Part shown: positions 63,201-64,000 of the stretch, in pieces
How positions within the stretch are numbered: position 1 is the stretch's first letter
How the letters are laid out: each line of letters opens with the position of its first letter
Source: Camelus ferus
Taxonomy: Eukaryota
DNA length: 64,000 bases
Reading direction: 5' to 3'
NCBI RefSeq assembly: GCF_009834535.1
Contig: NC_045727.1
Span: 11,284,001 to 11,348,000, forward strand
Position numbers and translations under genes: made by a program
The notes under the pieces: generated by a model
Told to the model about the DNA's origin: nothing
The model's database searches: none
The model's input: only the letters and a program-made list of their open reading frames with translations

Positions 63201-64000
63201 CCCAAAGAGCACTTACACAGTGCCCGGTATACAGCAGGCGCCCTGTGTGTGTGAGGAAGTGTGAGCTGGGCCTGCTCAGGCCCTGTCAGAGGTATACAAC
63301 CACCATTCTGGAGGTCCACTTGGCACAGAGGTTTCCACAGCTTTAAAAGCTGTTCTGGGGGAGGGAGCCTGGTGCACTGGAGGGCAGAGTGGGGAGAAGT
63401 CGAGGAGAGTGGGTGTAGATCTTTGTCATTCAGTGTTGTCCATGGACCAGGAGCTTGAGCACCACCTGGAAGCTTGTTGGAGAAGCAGTCTCAGGCCCCA
63501 CCCATGTGTACTGATTACAAATGTACACCTGGGGAGGTGGGTATAACTCAGTGGTAGAGTGCATGCTTAGTATATGGGAGGTCCTGGGTTCAATCCCTAG
63601 TACTTCCATTAAAAAAAAAAAAAAGAAGGGATTGTATACTTGAACCACACCCCAGAGGGATTTGCACACACATTCCAGTTTTGAGAAGCCTGGCATGGAG
63701 TGGGAAGTGAGGGCGGGTAAAGGATGGCTGCTGCCTTGTATTGGGGCTTTTGTAGTGAGGGCATGGGAGCCACGGAAGGCTTTTATGTAGGGAGAAGATA
63801 TGGGCAGACTGGCATGGCAGAAGGATCCTTGTGGCTGCCCAAAGTGAGGACCCAGGGCGAGGTGGAGGCTATCTGTGTCTGTCTAAGAGATGAGTCCCTG
63901 AACCCTTCTCCACCTGCCCACTTGCCAGATGATGTTCCCTGTGTTCCTGGGCCAACGAGTGCCCCCCGAAATGCTAGCGTCTACTCTGGCTGAGCTGGAC
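59983..64000 (+). CDS. GSTT3: Glutathione S-transferase theta-3, partial (runs off the window)
   Basis: Exons 59983-60094, 61449-61536, 62111-62261 and 63929->64000. SCTRTLWQK|[24 protein letters not shown] matches recalled rodent Gstt3 rather than GSTT1. Confidence 0.9.
62821..62954 (-). mobile_element. tRNA-Ala-derived SINE in GSTT3 intron 3
   Basis: Reverse-strand long-tail copy. Confidence 0.88.
63431..63690. mobile_element. MER5-type hAT/Charlie MITE interrupted by a SINE
   Basis: cagtgttgtccatggaccagga...caccacctggaagcttgttggag...tctcaggccccaccc and cacattccagttttgagaagc resemble MER5A. Confidence 0.6.
63531..63625 (+). mobile_element. tRNA-Ala-derived SINE in GSTT3 intron 3
   Basis: SINE head plus poly-A. 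Confidence 0.9.

Noticed and set aside
25600-64000. DDT or DDTL
   Set aside because: No MPFLELDTN-like exon on either strand; it is expected beyond GSTT3.

Overview
Mammalian genomic DNA, very probably a camelid. About a dozen copies of a tRNA-Ala(AGC)-derived SINE resembling the Tylopoda Vic-1 family are present, and MIF and GSTT1 look artiodactyl-like. The window is syntenic with human 22q11.23. All recognisable genes are on the + strand: SLC2A11/GLUT11 (12 coding exons, 496 aa, intact), MIF (3 exons, most of exon 2 in a 148-N gap), a decayed theta-class GST paralog (41.0-41.85 kb), GSTT4 (241 aa), GSTT1 (240 aa) and GSTT3 (cut off in exon 4 by the window end). No DDT or GSTT2 is recognisable. 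The rest is L1, L2, MIR, MaLR/ERV LTR and SINE repeats, several CpG islands and two N gaps. Main points for follow-up: (1) a phase-consistent chain of small minus-strand exons between MIF and the GST cluster, headed by an orphan CpG island with an RFX X-box, possibly an unannotated or decaying gene; (2) the start codon of the SLC2A11 isoform-C first exon is ACG instead of ATG; (3) a CpG-decayed additional GSTT paralog; (4) substitutions at functionally studied residues in GLUT11 (DAV), GSTT1 (S49, M104, R234) and GSTT4 (S13). Comparisons with other species rely on recalled sequences and need database confirmation. The long ORFs in the supplied track that do not match these exons are mostly GC-rich artefacts.
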